A DNA stretch of 64,000 bases from an uncultured Pelagibacteraceae bacterium (GTDB lineage: Bacteria; Pseudomonadota; Alphaproteobacteria; Pelagibacterales; Pelagibacteraceae): the NCBI GenBank assembly GCA_902540595.1, contig CACBNI010000005.1, positions 5,716-69,715 of the forward strand. The letters run 5' to 3'. Shown here piece after piece: positions 1-11,933 of this stretch; the stretch's first letter is position 1; every line of letters begins with the position of its first letter. The position numbers and the translations under genes were made by a program. The notes under the pieces were generated by a model, which was given only the letters and a program-made list of their open reading frames with translations, searched no databases and was not told the origin of the DNA.

Positions 1-67
1 GAAATTTGGCTAAATCTGTCACTGTTGAATAAAGTATAAACTCTGTTAAAACACTTTCAGGTTGCAT

Positions 68-1447
68 ATGAAAAATTGGAAAAAAAATAGTTGGAGAAAA
101 TATCCTGTAAAACACATTCCAGAGTATCCTGATAAGAAAGAATTGGATACTGTTCTGGATAAAATTGGAACATTTCCACCATTAGTTTTTGCAGGAGAGA
201 CCAGACATTTAAAAGATCAGCTTGCTGATGTTGTTGATGGAAAAGCTTTTCTTCTTCAAGGAGGAGATTGTTCAGAAAGTTTTGCAGAATTTAATCCAGA
301 CAATATAAGAGATACATTTAAACTAATGTTACAGATGTCATTAGTTTTAACTTATTCAGCATCTTTACCAGTTGTAAAACTTGGACGAATAGCTGGTCAG
401 TTTTCAAAACCAAGAAGTTCTCCAACAGAGACTAAAGATGGATTAGATTTACCAAGCTATTTGGGAGATAATATTAACGGAATGGAATTTAGTGAAAAAG
501 CAAGAATTCCAGATCCAAAAAGATTATTTAAAGCTTATTCTCAGTCAGCTGCAACGCTTAATCTTATAAGGGCTTTTTCCAAAGGAGGTTTTGCAGATTT
601 AAATAAAGTACATTTGTGGAATTTAGATTATATTAAAAAAAGTCCTCAAGCTAAAAAATTTAAAGAGCTTGAAGATAAAATTGCTGATGCCATAGCTTTT
701 ATGAGAGCATGTGGAATTACTTCAGATTTTAATAACAGATTATATACGGTAAATTTTTGGACCTCACATGAGGCTTTATTATTACCTTTTGAAGAGTCTA
801 TGACTAGAACAGATTCTACTACGGGGGAGAATCATGCCACTTCAGCCCATTTTGTTTGGATCGGGGACAGAACAAGACAATTAGATGGTGGACATGTTGA
901 ATTTTGTAGAGGAATAGAAAACCCCATAGGTATTAAATGTGGCCCAACTTTAAAAGCAGAGGATTTAGTTGCACTTTGTAACAAAATTAATCCAAAGAAT
1001 GAAAAAGGTAAGATTACTTTAATTTCTAGATTTGGTGCAGATAATGTTTCTAAACATTTACCTAAATTAATTAGAGCTATCAAAAAAGAAGGATTAAATG
1101 TAATTTGGTCGTGTGATCCATGTCACGGGAACACAATTAAAGCTGCTACTGGTTTTAAAACACGACCTTTTAACAGTGTTCTGAAAGAAGTTAGAGATGT
1201 TTTTGCTTGTCATCAAAGTGAAGGAAGTTATGCAGGAGGACTTCATATCGAGTTGACTGGCCAAGATGTTACAGAATGTATTGGGGGAGCACAAAAAATA
1301 TCAGAAAAAGATTTATCTTCCAGATACCATACCCATTGCGATCCACGTCTTAATTCTAATCAGGCATTAGAATTAGCTTTTTTAATATCAGACGAGATTA
1401 AAAAGAATAGCTCATATTCGAAAAGTGCAGACAGAGCGGCATCTTAA
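68..1447 (+). CDS. Class II 3-deoxy-7-phosphoheptulonate (DAHP) synthase
   Basis: Motifs LLQGGDCSESF, GRIAGQFSKPRS, WIGDRTRQ, DPCHGNT, CDPRLN; ATG at 68 preferred over TTG at 62. Confidence 0.95.
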   Translation: MKNWKKNSWRKYPVKHIPEYPDKKELDTVLDKIGTFPPLVFAGETRHLKDQLADVVDGKAFLLQGGDCSESFAEFNPDNIRDTFKLMLQMSLVLTYSASLPVVKLGRIAGQFSKPRSSPTETKDGLDLPSYLGDNINGMEFSEKARIPDPKRLFKAYSQSAATLNLIRAFSKGGFADLNKVHLWNLDYIKKSPQAKKFKELEDKIADAIAFMRACGITSDFNNRLYTVNFWTSHEALLLPFEESMTRTDSTTGENHATSAHFVWIGDRTRQLDGGHVEFCRGIENPIGIKCGPTLKAEDLVALCNKINPKNEKGKITLISRFGADNVSKHLPKLIRAIKKEGLNVIWSCDPCHGNTIKAATGFKTRPFNSVLKEVRDVFACHQSEGSYAGGLHIELTGQDVTECIGGAQKISEKDLSSRYHTHCDPRLNSNQALELAFLISDEIKKNSSYSKSADRAAS

Positions 1448-1485
1448 TACATTGCAAAATTGTTAATAATTTATAAAAAAAAATT

Positions 1486-2223
1486 ATGAATACTTCAGAA
1501 AAAGTAAAATTTATCTCTAATTGGATAAAAAATTACGTGGATAATATGCCTTCTAAAGCAGAAGCTTTAGTAATTGGTATTTCTGGAGGAATAGATTCAT
1601 CAGTCTCAAGTACCTTAAGTGCGATGACAGGCTTAAGGACAATTGTATTATCGATGCCAATAAAACAAAAATCACATCAACACGATTTAAGTTTAAAACA
1701 CCAAGAATGGTTAGTAAAAAATTTTAAAAATGTTGAGGCACATACAGTTAATTTAGATGAGTTATTTTTAGCATTTAGCGCAAGTATGTCTAAATTTGAA
1801 AATGAGCATGGAATGGCTAATTCTAGAGCAAGATTAAGAATGACAACATTATATCAAGTGGCTGCAGCGAATAAAGGAATTGTTGTAGGTACAGGTAACA
1901 AAGTTGAGGATTTTGGTGTTGGATTTTATACAAAATATGGTGATGGAGGTGTTGATATATCGCCAATAGCAGACTGTAATAAAACTCAAATTTGGGAGTT
2001 AGGAAAAGAACTTGGAGTTTTAAAAGAGATTATTGAAGCTGCTCCAACAGATGGTTTGTGGGATGATGGTAGAACAGACGAAGGTCAGCTAGGCTTAAAG
2101 TATGAAGAATTAGAAGAAGCTATGGATAATCCAAATTCTCCAAATAGAGCTAAATACGAAACTATAAGAAAACAAAATTTGCATAAAATGGAGCCGATTC
2201 CAGTATGCATAATTCCAAATTAA
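1486..2223 (+). CDS. nadE: NH3-dependent NAD+ synthetase
   Basis: GISGGIDSS, ARLRM, GFYTKYGDGG, PTDGLW motifs. Confidence 0.95.
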   Translation: MNTSEKVKFISNWIKNYVDNMPSKAEALVIGISGGIDSSVSSTLSAMTGLRTIVLSMPIKQKSHQHDLSLKHQEWLVKNFKNVEAHTVNLDELFLAFSASMSKFENEHGMANSRARLRMTTLYQVAAANKGIVVGTGNKVEDFGVGFYTKYGDGGVDISPIADCNKTQIWELGKELGVLKEIIEAAPTDGLWDDGRTDEGQLGLKYEELEEAMDNPNSPNRAKYETIRKQNLHKMEPIPVCIIPN

Positions 2224-2225
2224 TC

Positions 2226-2250
2226 AAATAGATTCACAAATCTATTTTTT
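2226..2250 (+). terminator. Putative intrinsic terminator after nadE
   Basis: AAATAGATT-CACA-AATCTATTT hairpin running into a T tract; AT-rich, so a weak stem. Confidence 0.4.
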
Positions 2251-2268
2251 AAGTATATTCCTAAAATC

Positions 2269-3624
2269 ATGGATAATAATATTTTTTTAACTAATAATCT
2301 AAGCAATAAAAAAGAAAAGTTTGTTCCTATAGATGAAAGAAATATTAAAATGTATGTTTGTGGTCCTACCGTATACGACGATCCTCATATCGGTAATGCA
2401 AGACCAATTGTTGTTTTTGATATTCTTTACAAAATTTTTAAAAAAAAATATCCAAAAGTTACTTATGTTAGAAATATAACTGATGTTGATGATAAAATTA
2501 TAAATTCATCGAAGAACAAAAATATTTCAATTTCTGAATTAACTGAAAATGTAAATAAAAGTTTTCAGAAGGATTGTAGTTATTTAAATTGTGATATCCC
2601 CACTCATCAACCAAAAGCAACAGAACATATTGATTTGATGATAGAAATGATTTCTAATTTGATAAACAAGGGATTTGCTTACGAAGAAAATCAACATATA
2701 TATTTTGAAGTAAAAAAATTTAAAGACTATGGAAAACTTTCAAATAAAAATCTTGATGAATTAATTGCTGGTTCAAGAGTTGAAGTGAGTGATAATAAAA
2801 AAAACTCACAGGATTTTGTTCTATGGAAACCTTCCAAAGATGATGAGCCTTCTTGGGCATCTCCTTGGGGTAAAGGCAGACCAGGTTGGCACTTAGAGTG
2901 CTCTGCTATGTCAAAAAAATTTCTTGGAAATGAGTTTGATATTCATGGAGGAGGTATAGATTTATTATTTCCGCACCATGAAAATGAAATTGCACAATCA
3001 AGATGTGCAAATGATACAAAAGTTTTTGCAAACTATTGGCTACATAATGCATTTATAACAATGTCAAATGAAAAAATGGCCAAATCACAAGGAAATATTT
3101 TTAAGATAAAAGATTTTAGAAATAATGTAAGTGGACAAGTTTTGAGGCTAGCTATAATGAGTGCCCACTACAAACAACCTTTAGATTGGAATGATAAACT
3201 TTTAAATGATTGTCAAAATACAATTAACAAATGGTACAAAATGTATACATCTGATTATAAAGCAGTGGAAATTGATGATGAAATTCTAAAACCACTCTAT
3301 GATGATTTAAATACTCCAGGATATATTGCTAATCTCCATAAATTGTATGACAAAGCGCAAAAAGGTAACTCCACCGATAAAGTTTTATTTATTTCTGCAT
3401 GTAAATTTGTTGGTTTATTAAATGAAACAGAAAATCAATGGTTAGAATTTAAGAAAAATAAACATTCAATAAATGAAACTGAAATTTTAGAGAGGATTGA
3501 ACAAAGAAATAAAGCGAGAAAAGATAAAAACTATGAAGAAGCTGATAAAATAAGAGATGAGCTTTTAGACAAAGGTGTTTTAATAGAAGATAAAGATGGT
3601 AAAACGACCTGGAAATTTAAATGA
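2269..3624 (+). CDS. cysS: Cysteine--tRNA ligase
   Basis: MYVCGPTVYD, HIGN, GRPGWHLECSAM, DIHGGGIDLLFPHHENE, KMAKS. Confidence 0.97.
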   Translation: MDNNIFLTNNLSNKKEKFVPIDERNIKMYVCGPTVYDDPHIGNARPIVVFDILYKIFKKKYPKVTYVRNITDVDDKIINSSKNKNISISELTENVNKSFQKDCSYLNCDIPTHQPKATEHIDLMIEMISNLINKGFAYEENQHIYFEVKKFKDYGKLSNKNLDELIAGSRVEVSDNKKNSQDFVLWKPSKDDEPSWASPWGKGRPGWHLECSAMSKKFLGNEFDIHGGGIDLLFPHHENEIAQSRCANDTKVFANYWLHNAFITMSNEKMAKSQGNIFKIKDFRNNVSGQVLRLAIMSAHYKQPLDWNDKLLNDCQNTINKWYKMYTSDYKAVEIDDEILKPLYDDLNTPGYIANLHKLYDKAQKGNSTDKVLFISACKFVGLLNETENQWLEFKKNKHSINETEILERIEQRNKARKDKNYEEADKIRDELLDKGVLIEDKDGKTTWKFK

Positions 3625-5222
3625 GTAAAGATCAGCTATATATATTTGATACCACTCTTCGTGATGGTGCACAAACTCAAGGTGTTGATTTTTCAATTGA
3701 TGATAAAGAAAAAATTTCTTCCACTTTAGATGAGCTTGGTGTTGATTACATTGAAGGAGGTTGGCCTGGTGCAAACCCAACCGATACAGAATTTTTTAAC
3801 AAAGATCACAATTTTAAATCAGCTAATTTAACTGCGTTTGGTATGACCAAAAAATCAGAGCATAGTGCTGAAAATGATCCAATGTTATCTTCTTTAATTA
3901 ATTCGAAAAGTTCATCAATTTGTTTGTTTGGAAAATCTTGGGATTTTCAAGTTGACGTAGCCCTCGGTATCTCAAACGAGGAAAACCTTACCAATATTAG
4001 CGAAAGTGCAAAACACATTGTTAAATCTGGTAAAGAATTTATGTTTGATGCTGAACATTTTTTTGATGGATATAAAGCAAACGCTGATTATGCACTTGCT
4101 TGCTTAAAATCTGCCTATGATAATGGAGCAAGATGGATTGTTTTGTGTGATACAAATGGAGGAACACTTCCTCATGAGGTTGAGAAAATTATTCTAGAAG
4201 TTACAAAACATATACCGGGAAAAAATTTAGGAATTCATGCTCATAATGATACAGAAAATGCTGTTGCAAACAGTTTAACAGCAGTTCAAGCTGGCGTGAG
4301 ACAAGTTCAAGGAACTATAAATGGATTGGGAGAAAGGTGTGGTAATGCAAACTTAACATCTCTGATCCCAACTTTTTTTTTAAAAAAAGATTTTTATGAA
4401 AATTATCAACTAAACATTAAACGTCAAAACTTAAAAAATTTAACACAATGCTCAAGGTTGTTAGATGAATTGCTCAATCGAAAACCTAATAAACATTTAC
4501 CTTATGTTGGTGCATCTGCCTTTTCTCACAAAGGAGGAATGCATGTTTCTGCAGTTCAAAAAGATCCAAAAACTTACGAACACATAAATCCTGAGGAGGT
4601 AGGAAACTCAAGGAATATAGTTGTCTCAGACCAATCTGGGCAGTCTAATATTATGTCTAGATTGAATTTTATAGGTATAAAGGTAGAGAAGAAAGATCCT
4701 AAAATAAAAAAACTTCTTGAAGAGGTAAAAGATAGAGAATTTATAGGATATAGCTACGATGGTGCCGACGCATCTTTTGAATTACTTGCAAGAAGATTAA
4801 TGGGTGACATACCAAGATACATTTCTATTAATGAATATGATGTTTCAGTTAAAAAAGATAAATCGGGAGATATTATTTCTCATGCAAAGGCAAAGTTAGA
4901 AGTAGATGGTCAAAAAATATTGTGTGAAGGAGAAGGTAATGGTCCTGTTAATGCTTTAGATAACGCAATTAGAAAAAACGTAAATAAACTTGAAAAATAT
5001 TCTGAATACTTAAAAGACTTAAGATTAGTCGATTACAAAGTAAGAATTTTAAATACAGGAACAGAGGCGGTAACTAGAGTAAGTATTGAAAGTACAGACT
5101 CTAAAGGGTTAAATTGGTTTACTATAGGAGTTTCACCGAATATCATTGATGCATCTTTTAAAGCACTCATCGATAGCTTGGATTACAAACTCTATAAAGA
5201 TAACGCACCTGCTAGCCTTTAG
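3621..5222 (+). CDS. cimA: Citramalate synthase (LeuA/CimA family)
   Basis: DTTLRDGAQ, YIEGGWPGANP, DAEHFFDG, HAHND, GERCGNA; C-terminal regulatory domain. Confidence 0.88.
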   Translation: MSKDQLYIFDTTLRDGAQTQGVDFSIDDKEKISSTLDELGVDYIEGGWPGANPTDTEFFNKDHNFKSANLTAFGMTKKSEHSAENDPMLSSLINSKSSSICLFGKSWDFQVDVALGISNEENLTNISESAKHIVKSGKEFMFDAEHFFDGYKANADYALACLKSAYDNGARWIVLCDTNGGTLPHEVEKIILEVTKHIPGKNLGIHAHNDTENAVANSLTAVQAGVRQVQGTINGLGERCGNANLTSLIPTFFLKKDFYENYQLNIKRQNLKNLTQCSRLLDELLNRKPNKHLPYVGASAFSHKGGMHVSAVQKDPKTYEHINPEEVGNSRNIVVSDQSGQSNIMSRLNFIGIKVEKKDPKIKKLLEEVKDREFIGYSYDGADASFELLARRLMGDIPRYISINEYDVSVKKDKSGDIISHAKAKLEVDGQKILCEGEGNGPVNALDNAIRKNVNKLEKYSEYLKDLRLVDYKVRILNTGTEAVTRVSIESTDSKGLNWFTIGVSPNIIDASFKALIDSLDYKLYKDNAPASL

Positions 5223-5224
5223 GC

Positions 5225-6088
5225 ATGAAGATTAGAAAGTTTTCAAAAAAACCTTTAGATATTAGTGGAAGAATTGGAGCAAAACCAGTGGTTTGCTATC
5301 CAAATAATAATATTGAAGAGAAAAACTTAACTATTTTACATCTAGCGCGAAAAAATTTGAGTAAAGAAAATGAAATTATAATTCCCCCAAGAGACGCCAA
5401 AACATTTCAAGTTAAAAAAGGTGAGTTCTTTAGAATTGAGAGTGTTGAAGGGCCGCAAGTAGGGGATTTAAATCTTTTTAATTTGAATAATTTAAATGAA
5501 AAATTTTATTCAGGAAAAACAAGGGCTCTTTATGGAACACATCTTTCCGTAGGAGATAAAATGTTTAGTAGTTTTCCTTATCTTAGATCTTTAGCAACTA
5601 TTACATGGGATACGTTAGATTGGTATGATTATGATGAGGATGGTGGATCGGTACATGATGTAATTGGGACAAGGTGCGATCCTTATACATCCAAACTTCT
5701 ATCAGGTAATGACTATCATTATTGCTGTCATTCAAATTTAACTAGAGCTCTAGTTAAAGAAAAAAAACTTAAAATTGATGAAGCCGAAAAAATAGTTCAC
5801 GATGTTTTAAACGTTTTTATGTTAACGGGATTTACCAATGATACTAAACAATATTTTATGAAGGCAAGCCCCGTAAGACCAGGTGATTATTTAGAATTTT
5901 TTGCAGAGACAGATTTATTAGGAGCTCTATCAGCTTGCCCTGGTGGAGATTGTGGATCTGAACATTCCTCTGATGTAGCAAAATGTTACCCATTAAAAGT
6001 GAGTATCTGGCAAACAAGTGAAAAGTATTTAAAGGATTTAGATAACTCAGAAATTTCAAATTATGATAGAAGTCACGGCATAGACTAA
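5225..6088 (+). CDS. Urea carboxylase-associated family protein (DUF1989-like)
   Basis: EGPQVGDL, HDVIGTRC, CHSNL, LNVFM, SACPGGD motifs. Confidence 0.8.
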   Translation: MKIRKFSKKPLDISGRIGAKPVVCYPNNNIEEKNLTILHLARKNLSKENEIIIPPRDAKTFQVKKGEFFRIESVEGPQVGDLNLFNLNNLNEKFYSGKTRALYGTHLSVGDKMFSSFPYLRSLATITWDTLDWYDYDEDGGSVHDVIGTRCDPYTSKLLSGNDYHYCCHSNLTRALVKEKKLKIDEAEKIVHDVLNVFMLTGFTNDTKQYFMKASPVRPGDYLEFFAETDLLGALSACPGGDCGSEHSSDVAKCYPLKVSIWQTSEKYLKDLDNSEISNYDRSHGID

Positions 6089-6090
6089 TT

Positions 6091-6804
6091 ATGTCAAAAA
6101 ATAATATATCCTTTATTTTGCACAAACCTCAGCTCTCAGAAAATATTGGTGCATGTGCGAGAGCGATGAAAAATTTTAATTTTCAAAAAATGATAGTTGT
6201 AGATCCTAAACCCATCTATCCAAATGATAAAATTTTAGCTACATCTGTAGGTGCAAAAAATATTATAAGTAAGAGTAAAAATTATAATAACCTGGAGACT
6301 GCTTTAAAAAATATTGATGTAGTAATTGCCACTTCAGCAAGGTTTAGAAATAAAAACATCAAACATATTCAATTAGAAGATTTAAAGAAGATAGATTATA
6401 AAAAAAAAGTGGCTTTTTTATTTGGATCTGAAGCTTCAGGACTTTCAAATAACGAGATAAGTTATGCAAATTATACTCTTCAGATCCCAACTAACCCAGA
6501 ATTTAAATCTTTGAACTTGTCTCACAGTTTAATTATAATTGCCCAAGTTGTGCATAGCGTTATTAATTCAAAAATTTCTAGTTTTAAAAAATCTAAAAAA
6601 GTAAAGTCAGCCTCAAAAAAAGACATATTATCAATGTCTAACTTATGTATTAAAAATTTAGAAGATATAGGGTTCTTCAAACCTAAAGAAAAGAAACCCA
6701 TAATGCTTGAGAACTTGAGAAATATTTTTTATAGGATGGAATTATCCTCAAAAGAAACACGTATTTTATCAAGTGTATTTGCTAGTTTAGGAAAAAAACG
6801 TTGA
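6091..6804 (+). CDS. TrmJ/LasT-family SPOUT RNA methyltransferase
   Basis: NIGACARAMKNF, FGSEASGLSN, SLNLSH. Confidence 0.9.
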   Translation: MSKNNISFILHKPQLSENIGACARAMKNFNFQKMIVVDPKPIYPNDKILATSVGAKNIISKSKNYNNLETALKNIDVVIATSARFRNKNIKHIQLEDLKKIDYKKKVAFLFGSEASGLSNNEISYANYTLQIPTNPEFKSLNLSHSLIIIAQVVHSVINSKISSFKKSKKVKSASKKDILSMSNLCIKNLEDIGFFKPKEKKPIMLENLRNIFYRMELSSKETRILSSVFASLGKKR

Positions 6805-6832
6805 TTGACAAAACAACGAGTAAGTTTATAAA
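6805..6832 (+). promoter_or_regulatory. Putative sigma70 promoter of rpsD
   Basis: Perfect TTGACA (6805-6810), 16-bp spacer, TATAAA (6827-6832). Confidence 0.5.
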
Positions 6833-6844
6833 CCCCTCTATCAA

Positions 6845-7462
6845 ATGACTAAAAGATTAAACTCTAAACACAAAGTCGATAGAAGATTAAAGGTTAACCT
6901 TTGGGGTAGACCGAAAAGTCCTTTTAATACTAGAGCGTACGGACCAGGACAACATGGCCAATCTAGATCATCCAAGCCTTCAGATTATGGAATTCAGTTA
7001 CAAGCTAAGCAAAAACTAAAAGCTTACTACGGTAATATCAATGAAAGACAATTTAGAAATATTTATAAAAAAGCAGTCATGCTTAAAGGTGATACAGGTG
7101 AAAATTTAATAGGTTTACTTGAAAGGAGATTAGATGCTGTAATTTATAGAGCAAAATTTGCAACAACAATATTTTCAGCCAGACAACTAATTAATCATGG
7201 ACATGTTAAAGTTAACGGAAAAAAAGTTAATATTGGAAGCTATTTAGTTAAAGAAGAAGATTCAATTGAGATAAGAGATAAGTCCAAACAACTTGCTATC
7301 ATTGATATTGCTTTAGCAAATAAGGAAAGAGAAACTCCAGAGTATATTCAGATGGATGAAAAAAATAAAAAACTTAAGTTTGTAAGAACTCCAAAATTTG
7401 ATGAAGTTCCTTATCCAATTGTTATGGAGCCTAACCTAGTTATCGAATATTATTCTAGATAA
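6845..7462 (+). CDS. rpsD: 30S ribosomal protein S4
   Basis: [32 protein letters not shown]. Confidence 0.98.
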   Translation: MTKRLNSKHKVDRRLKVNLWGRPKSPFNTRAYGPGQHGQSRSSKPSDYGIQLQAKQKLKAYYGNINERQFRNIYKKAVMLKGDTGENLIGLLERRLDAVIYRAKFATTIFSARQLINHGHVKVNGKKVNIGSYLVKEEDSIEIRDKSKQLAIIDIALANKERETPEYIQMDEKNKKLKFVRTPKFDEVPYPIVMEPNLVIEYYSR

Positions 7463-7801
7463 TTAGTTTTTAGATTTAAAATTTATTTTTTTATCTTCAA
7501 GCAGTTTAGCAAGTTCACCACTTTCAAACATTTCTTTTACAATATCACAGCCACCAACAAATTCATTTTTAACATATAGTTGAGGAATTGTGGGCCAATC
7601 ACTATAGATTTTGATACCTTCTCTAAGTTTTTGATCTGCTAAAACGTTTATACCTTTAAAGTTTACTTCTAGAACTTTTAAAATATTGGAAGTAGCCATT
7701 GAGAAACCACATTGTGGTGCATCAGGTGTTCCTTTCATGAATAAGCAAACTTCATTATTCTCAATTTCATTTTTAATTAAATCATTAGTTTCTTGATCCA
7801 T
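7463..7801 (-). CDS. grxD: Monothiol glutaredoxin Grx4
   Basis: [24 protein letters not shown]. Confidence 0.96.
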   Translation of the reverse strand: MDQETNDLIKNEIENNEVCLFMKGTPDAPQCGFSMATSNILKVLEVNFKGINVLADQKLREGIKIYSDWPTIPQLYVKNEFVGGCDIVKEMFESGELAKLLEDKKINFKSKN

Positions 7802-7802
7802 T

Positions 7803-8033
7803 TTAATTTTCCTTTGTTTTTATTGCTAAAGCATGTAATTCATTACCCATTCTTCCTTTTAACGAATTGTATACCATTTTATGTTGTTCAATTTTGCTTT
7901 TACCTGAAAATTGAGATGAGGTTATAGTTGCAGAGTAATGATTTCCATCACCAGCTAGGTCTTGTATTTCAACAACAGCATCAGGCATTGCCTCTTTAAT
8001 TAAACTCTCAATTTCATTTAAATTCATAGCCAT
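7803..8033 (-). CDS. BolA family protein
   Basis: GDGNHY, QHKMVY, LHALAI; adjacent to grxD. Confidence 0.93.
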   Translation of the reverse strand: MAMNLNEIESLIKEAMPDAVVEIQDLAGDGNHYSATITSSQFSGKSKIEQHKMVYNSLKGRMGNELHALAIKTKEN

Positions 8034-10225
8034 TAGTTACTCATATATTCTTTTAACCACCTTGTATTAAACCCTTTTAATTCGTCAATTGTAACTTTTG
8101 TCTTTTCATCCAAAAATAGCATATTTTCATTGATTGTTCCAAGCTCATCATAATGAACTGCATTTTTATCTAATGTATCTAGGACTTTTTTTTGATCTTT
8201 TTTACTGATTTCGACAATGTATCTTCCTTGATCTTCTCCAAAGAAGTATTCTATTTCACTGATTAAGTATTTTGGCTTTTTAAGATTAATACCTTTATTA
8301 CCCTTAAGACACATTTTTGATACGGCAGTAATTATTCCACCTAAAGAAATATCATGAGCGCTTTTAATTAAATTATTATCGATTAATTTTAAAAGAGTTT
8401 CTCCATTATTTTTTTCATTAAACAGATTTATTTCTGGCGGAGGTCCATTTTTTTCATCTAATATAACTCTTGCAAATAAACTTTGATCAATATGACCTTC
8501 TGTTTTACCAATAACTAAAACAACATTATCGACTTCTTTAAAATCCATAGTAATCATTTTATTATAATCTTTTATGAGGCCAACTCCGCCTATAGATGGA
8601 GTGGGTTTTATTCCCTGGTCCTTAGTTTGATTATAGAAAGAAACATTTCCAGACACGACAGGAAATTTTAAATAAGAGCTTGCTTCTCCAATACCCTGAA
8701 CGCATTCAACAAACTCTCCCATATTCTCCTCATTTTCAGGACTACCAAAATTTAAACAATTTGTAATAGCAATTGGTTTTGCTCCAACGGATATCAAATT
8801 TCTAAAACTTTCGCACACAACTTGCTTTCCACCTGTAAGAGGATGAGCCCAACAATAAACTGCTGAAGAGTCTACAGATGCTGCAACTGCTTTATTGGTG
8901 CCATGAACTCTCACCACACCAGAGTCGCCTCCAGGTTTTTGAATAGTGTCTCCCATCACTGTATGGTCATACTGTTGCCAAATCCATTCTTTACTACACA
9001 CATTTGGATTAGCTAAAATTTTTTTTAAGATTTCAATTATTTTTAAAATATTTATTTCATCTTTATTAATTTTGTTTTTCTTTGGAAGTTTTGCTTTTTT
9101 CCATTTACGATCATACATCGGTGAATTTTCAACAAGAGTATTAACTGGAATATCAGCAACTTTTTCACTATCAAAGTAAAGTTCAATTTTCTTTGATTTA
9201 GTTGTTTTTCCAATTACAGCAAAATCTAAATTCCACTTATCAAATATTTTTTTTGCTTGCTCTTCTTTTCCATTTTCTAAAACAATCAACATTCTTTCCT
9301 GACTTTCAGAAAGCATGATTTCATAAGGAGTCATTTTTGTTTCCCTACATGGCACATTATTTAAATTAATTTCTATTCCAAGATTTCCCTTTGAAGCCAT
9401 TTCAATACTTGAAGAAGTTAAACCTGCTGCCCCCATATCTTGAATAGCAATGATTGAGTCTCCAGCCATTAATTCTAAACATGCTTCAAGCAAAAGTTTT
9501 TCTGTAAAGGGATCACCAACTTGTACTGTTGGTTTTTTTTCCTCAATTTTGTCATCGAAACTAGCAGAAGCCATACTTGCTCCGTGAATACCATCACGAC
9601 CCGTTTTAGATCCAACATATATTACGGGTTTATTTAAACCGGCTGCTTTTGAGTAAAAAATCTTGTCTTTCTTAACTAACCCTAACGTCATTGCGTTAAC
9701 TAAGATATTTCCATTATATGAGCTATCAAAACTTGTTTGTCCCGCAATGGTTGGAACCCCCATACAGTTTCCATAACCTCCTATTCCATGGACAACACCT
9801 CTAAGGAGGTTTTTAGTTTTTTTATGCTGTGTAGAACCAAAGTGTATTGAATTTAAATTAGCTATTGGTCTTGCACCCATTGTAAACACATCTCTCATTA
9901 TTCCACCAACACCAGTGGCAGCACCTTGATAAGGTTCAATGAAGGAAGGGTGGTTATGACTTTCAATTTTAAAAACAATTGCATCATTATCTCCAATGTC
10001 TACTACTCCAGCATTTTCACCAGGTCCTTGAATAACCTGTTTACCTTTGGTTGGTAATTTTTTTAAGTGTAGCCTTGAAGATTTATAAGAGCAGTGTTCA
10101 TTCCACATCGCAGAAAATATTCCTAATTCAGTAATATTTGGAGTTCTTTTTAAAAGTGCACAGATTTTTTTGTATTCATCTTTTTTTAAACCATGATCGA
10201 TAGCTATTTTTTCGTTTACAATCAT
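8033..10225 (-). CDS. purL: Phosphoribosylformylglycinamidine synthase subunit PurL
   Basis: [32 protein letters not shown]. Confidence 0.97.
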   Translation of the reverse strand: MIVNEKIAIDHGLKKDEYKKICALLKRTPNITELGIFSAMWNEHCSYKSSRLHLKKLPTKGKQVIQGPGENAGVVDIGDNDAIVFKIESHNHPSFIEPYQGAATGVGGIMRDVFTMGARPIANLNSIHFGSTQHKKTKNLLRGVVHGIGGYGNCMGVPTIAGQTSFDSSYNGNILVNAMTLGLVKKDKIFYSKAAGLNKPVIYVGSKTGRDGIHGASMASASFDDKIEEKKPTVQVGDPFTEKLLLEACLELMAGDSIIAIQDMGAAGLTSSSIEMASKGNLGIEINLNNVPCRETKMTPYEIMLSESQERMLIVLENGKEEQAKKIFDKWNLDFAVIGKTTKSKKIELYFDSEKVADIPVNTLVENSPMYDRKWKKAKLPKKNKINKDEINILKIIEILKKILANPNVCSKEWIWQQYDHTVMGDTIQKPGGDSGVVRVHGTNKAVAASVDSSAVYCWAHPLTGGKQVVCESFRNLISVGAKPIAITNCLNFGSPENEENMGEFVECVQGIGEASSYLKFPVVSGNVSFYNQTKDQGIKPTPSIGGVGLIKDYNKMITMDFKEVDNVVLVIGKTEGHIDQSLFARVILDEKNGPPPEINLFNEKNNGETLLKLIDNNLIKSAHDISLGGIITAVSKMCLKGNKGINLKKPKYLISEIEYFFGEDQGRYIVEISKKDQKKVLDTLDKNAVHYDELGTINENMLFLDEKTKVTIDELKGFNTRWLKEYMSN

Positions 10226-10905
10226 TTTAAGTTATTAATTAAGTTTTTAAAAAAATGAGAACCATCTTCACCTGATAAAGAATGATCAATCATCCTTTCA
10301 GGATGAGGCATCATTCCTAAAACATTTTTTTCTTTATTAAAAATTCCAGCAATATTTTTTATAGACCCATTGGGATTGAATGGTTCTTCGATTTTACCTT
10401 CAGGATCACAATAATTGATTGCAACTTGGGTATTGTCTTCAATTTCTTTTAATTGATCATTTGTACAAAAGTAGTTTCCTTCATTATGAGCTATATGTAG
10501 TTCTAATACTTCGTTACTGATATTTTTGAAATAACCATTGTTTTTATTGTTTATTTTTACAAAAACATTTTTGCAAATAAATTCTAAATATTTGTTTCTT
10601 AATAAAACTCCAGGCACTAATCCTGTTTCAACTAAAATTTGAAAACCATTACAAATACCCATCACCATTCCACCAGAATTTGCAAAATTAATTACTGATT
10701 GCATAATCTTAGATTTAGAAGCCATGCTGCCACATCTAAGATAATCTCCATAAGAAAAACCACCTGGCAAAACTACCAAGTCACTTTTGGGCAACTCAAT
10801 ATCTTGATGCCAAACCATTTTATTTTTAAAACCAAATTTTTTTAAAGCAACATCCATATCTCTATCACAATTAGAACCTGGAAATGTAATGACTGCTGAT
10901 TTCAT
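10222..10905 (-). CDS. purQ: FGAM synthase glutaminase subunit PurQ
   Basis: [32 protein letters not shown]. Confidence 0.97.
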   Translation of the reverse strand: MKSAVITFPGSNCDRDMDVALKKFGFKNKMVWHQDIELPKSDLVVLPGGFSYGDYLRCGSMASKSKIMQSVINFANSGGMVMGICNGFQILVETGLVPGVLLRNKYLEFICKNVFVKINNKNNGYFKNISNEVLELHIAHNEGNYFCTNDQLKEIEDNTQVAINYCDPEGKIEEPFNPNGSIKNIAGIFNKEKNVLGMMPHPERMIDHSLSGEDGSHFFKNLINNLK

Positions 10906-10911
10906 TAATTA

Positions 10912-11151
10912 TTATGCATCAATAATTTTGTAATTTTCTATTACAAGATTAGCTAAAAGTTTTTTGCACATTTCTTCAACTTTATTTTTTGCTTTTTTAG
11001 GATCAGTTTCTTTAGTATCAATTTCAAAATATTTACCTTGTCTTACTTCATTTACATCATCAAATCCCATTCCATCAAGAGCTTGATGAATAACTTTACC
11101 TTGAGGATCTAGGACGTCTTTTTTTAGTGTAATAATTACTGATATTTTCAT
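10912..11151 (-). CDS. purS: FGAM synthase subunit PurS
   Basis: VLDPQG, VRQGK, LLAN.VIE. Confidence 0.96.
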   Translation of the reverse strand: MKISVIITLKKDVLDPQGKVIHQALDGMGFDDVNEVRQGKYFEIDTKETDPKKAKNKVEEMCKKLLANLVIENYKIIDA

Positions 11152-11933
11152 TTACGCTTTCTTTTAACTGAAGATAGTTTAGTTACATTTATTGCACTTA
11201 GGTTGGACTGTTCGTGAAGAATCCCAAGTCTTTTTGCAACCTCGGTGTAAGCTGGGATTAGATCTCCTAGATCTTTTCTAAACCTGTCTTTATCTAATTT
11301 TTTATCAGTTAAACTGTCCCATAATCTGCAAGTATCAGGACTTATTTCATCAGCTAAAATTACATCTTTTTTTCCATTAGCATTTAGTCTTCCAAATTCT
11401 AATTTAAAGTCTATCAGCTTAATTCCTACTCCTCTAAACATACCAATCATAAAATCATTAATTCTTAAAATCAATTTTTTTACTTTTTCAATTTCCTTTT
11501 TTGATGCCCAATCAAATGCAAGAATATGTTCTTCAGCGATTAACGGGTCACCAAGTTTGTCATCTTTTAAACAGTATTCAATTAAAGGCTCCTTCAAAAC
11601 AGTTCCATCTTCAATTCCAAGACGTTTTGTTAAAGATCCTGTTGCAACATTTCTAACAATAAATTCAATAGGGATTATCTCAACAAGTTTAACAACTTGC
11701 TCGCGCATATTTAATCTTTTAACTAAGTGATTTTTTATACCAATTTGTGAAAGACTTGAGAGTATATGTTCGGAAATTCTATTGTTTAGAACTCCTTTTC
11801 CTTCAATAGTAGATTTTTTTTGATTATTAAAAGCTGTTGCATCATCTTTAAAATATTGTATTACTAAATTTTTATCACTTGTTGCATAAATGATCTTAGC
11901 TTTTCCTTCATATAATTTTTTCCCTTTTTTCAT
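11148..11933 (-). CDS. purC: SAICAR synthase
   Basis: [28 protein letters not shown]. Confidence 0.97.
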   Translation of the reverse strand: MKKGKKLYEGKAKIIYATSDKNLVIQYFKDDATAFNNQKKSTIEGKGVLNNRISEHILSSLSQIGIKNHLVKRLNMREQVVKLVEIIPIEFIVRNVATGSLTKRLGIEDGTVLKEPLIEYCLKDDKLGDPLIAEEHILAFDWASKKEIEKVKKLILRINDFMIGMFRGVGIKLIDFKLEFGRLNANGKKDVILADEISPDTCRLWDSLTDKKLDKDRFRKDLGDLIPAYTEVAKRLGILHEQSNLSAINVTKLSSVKRKRK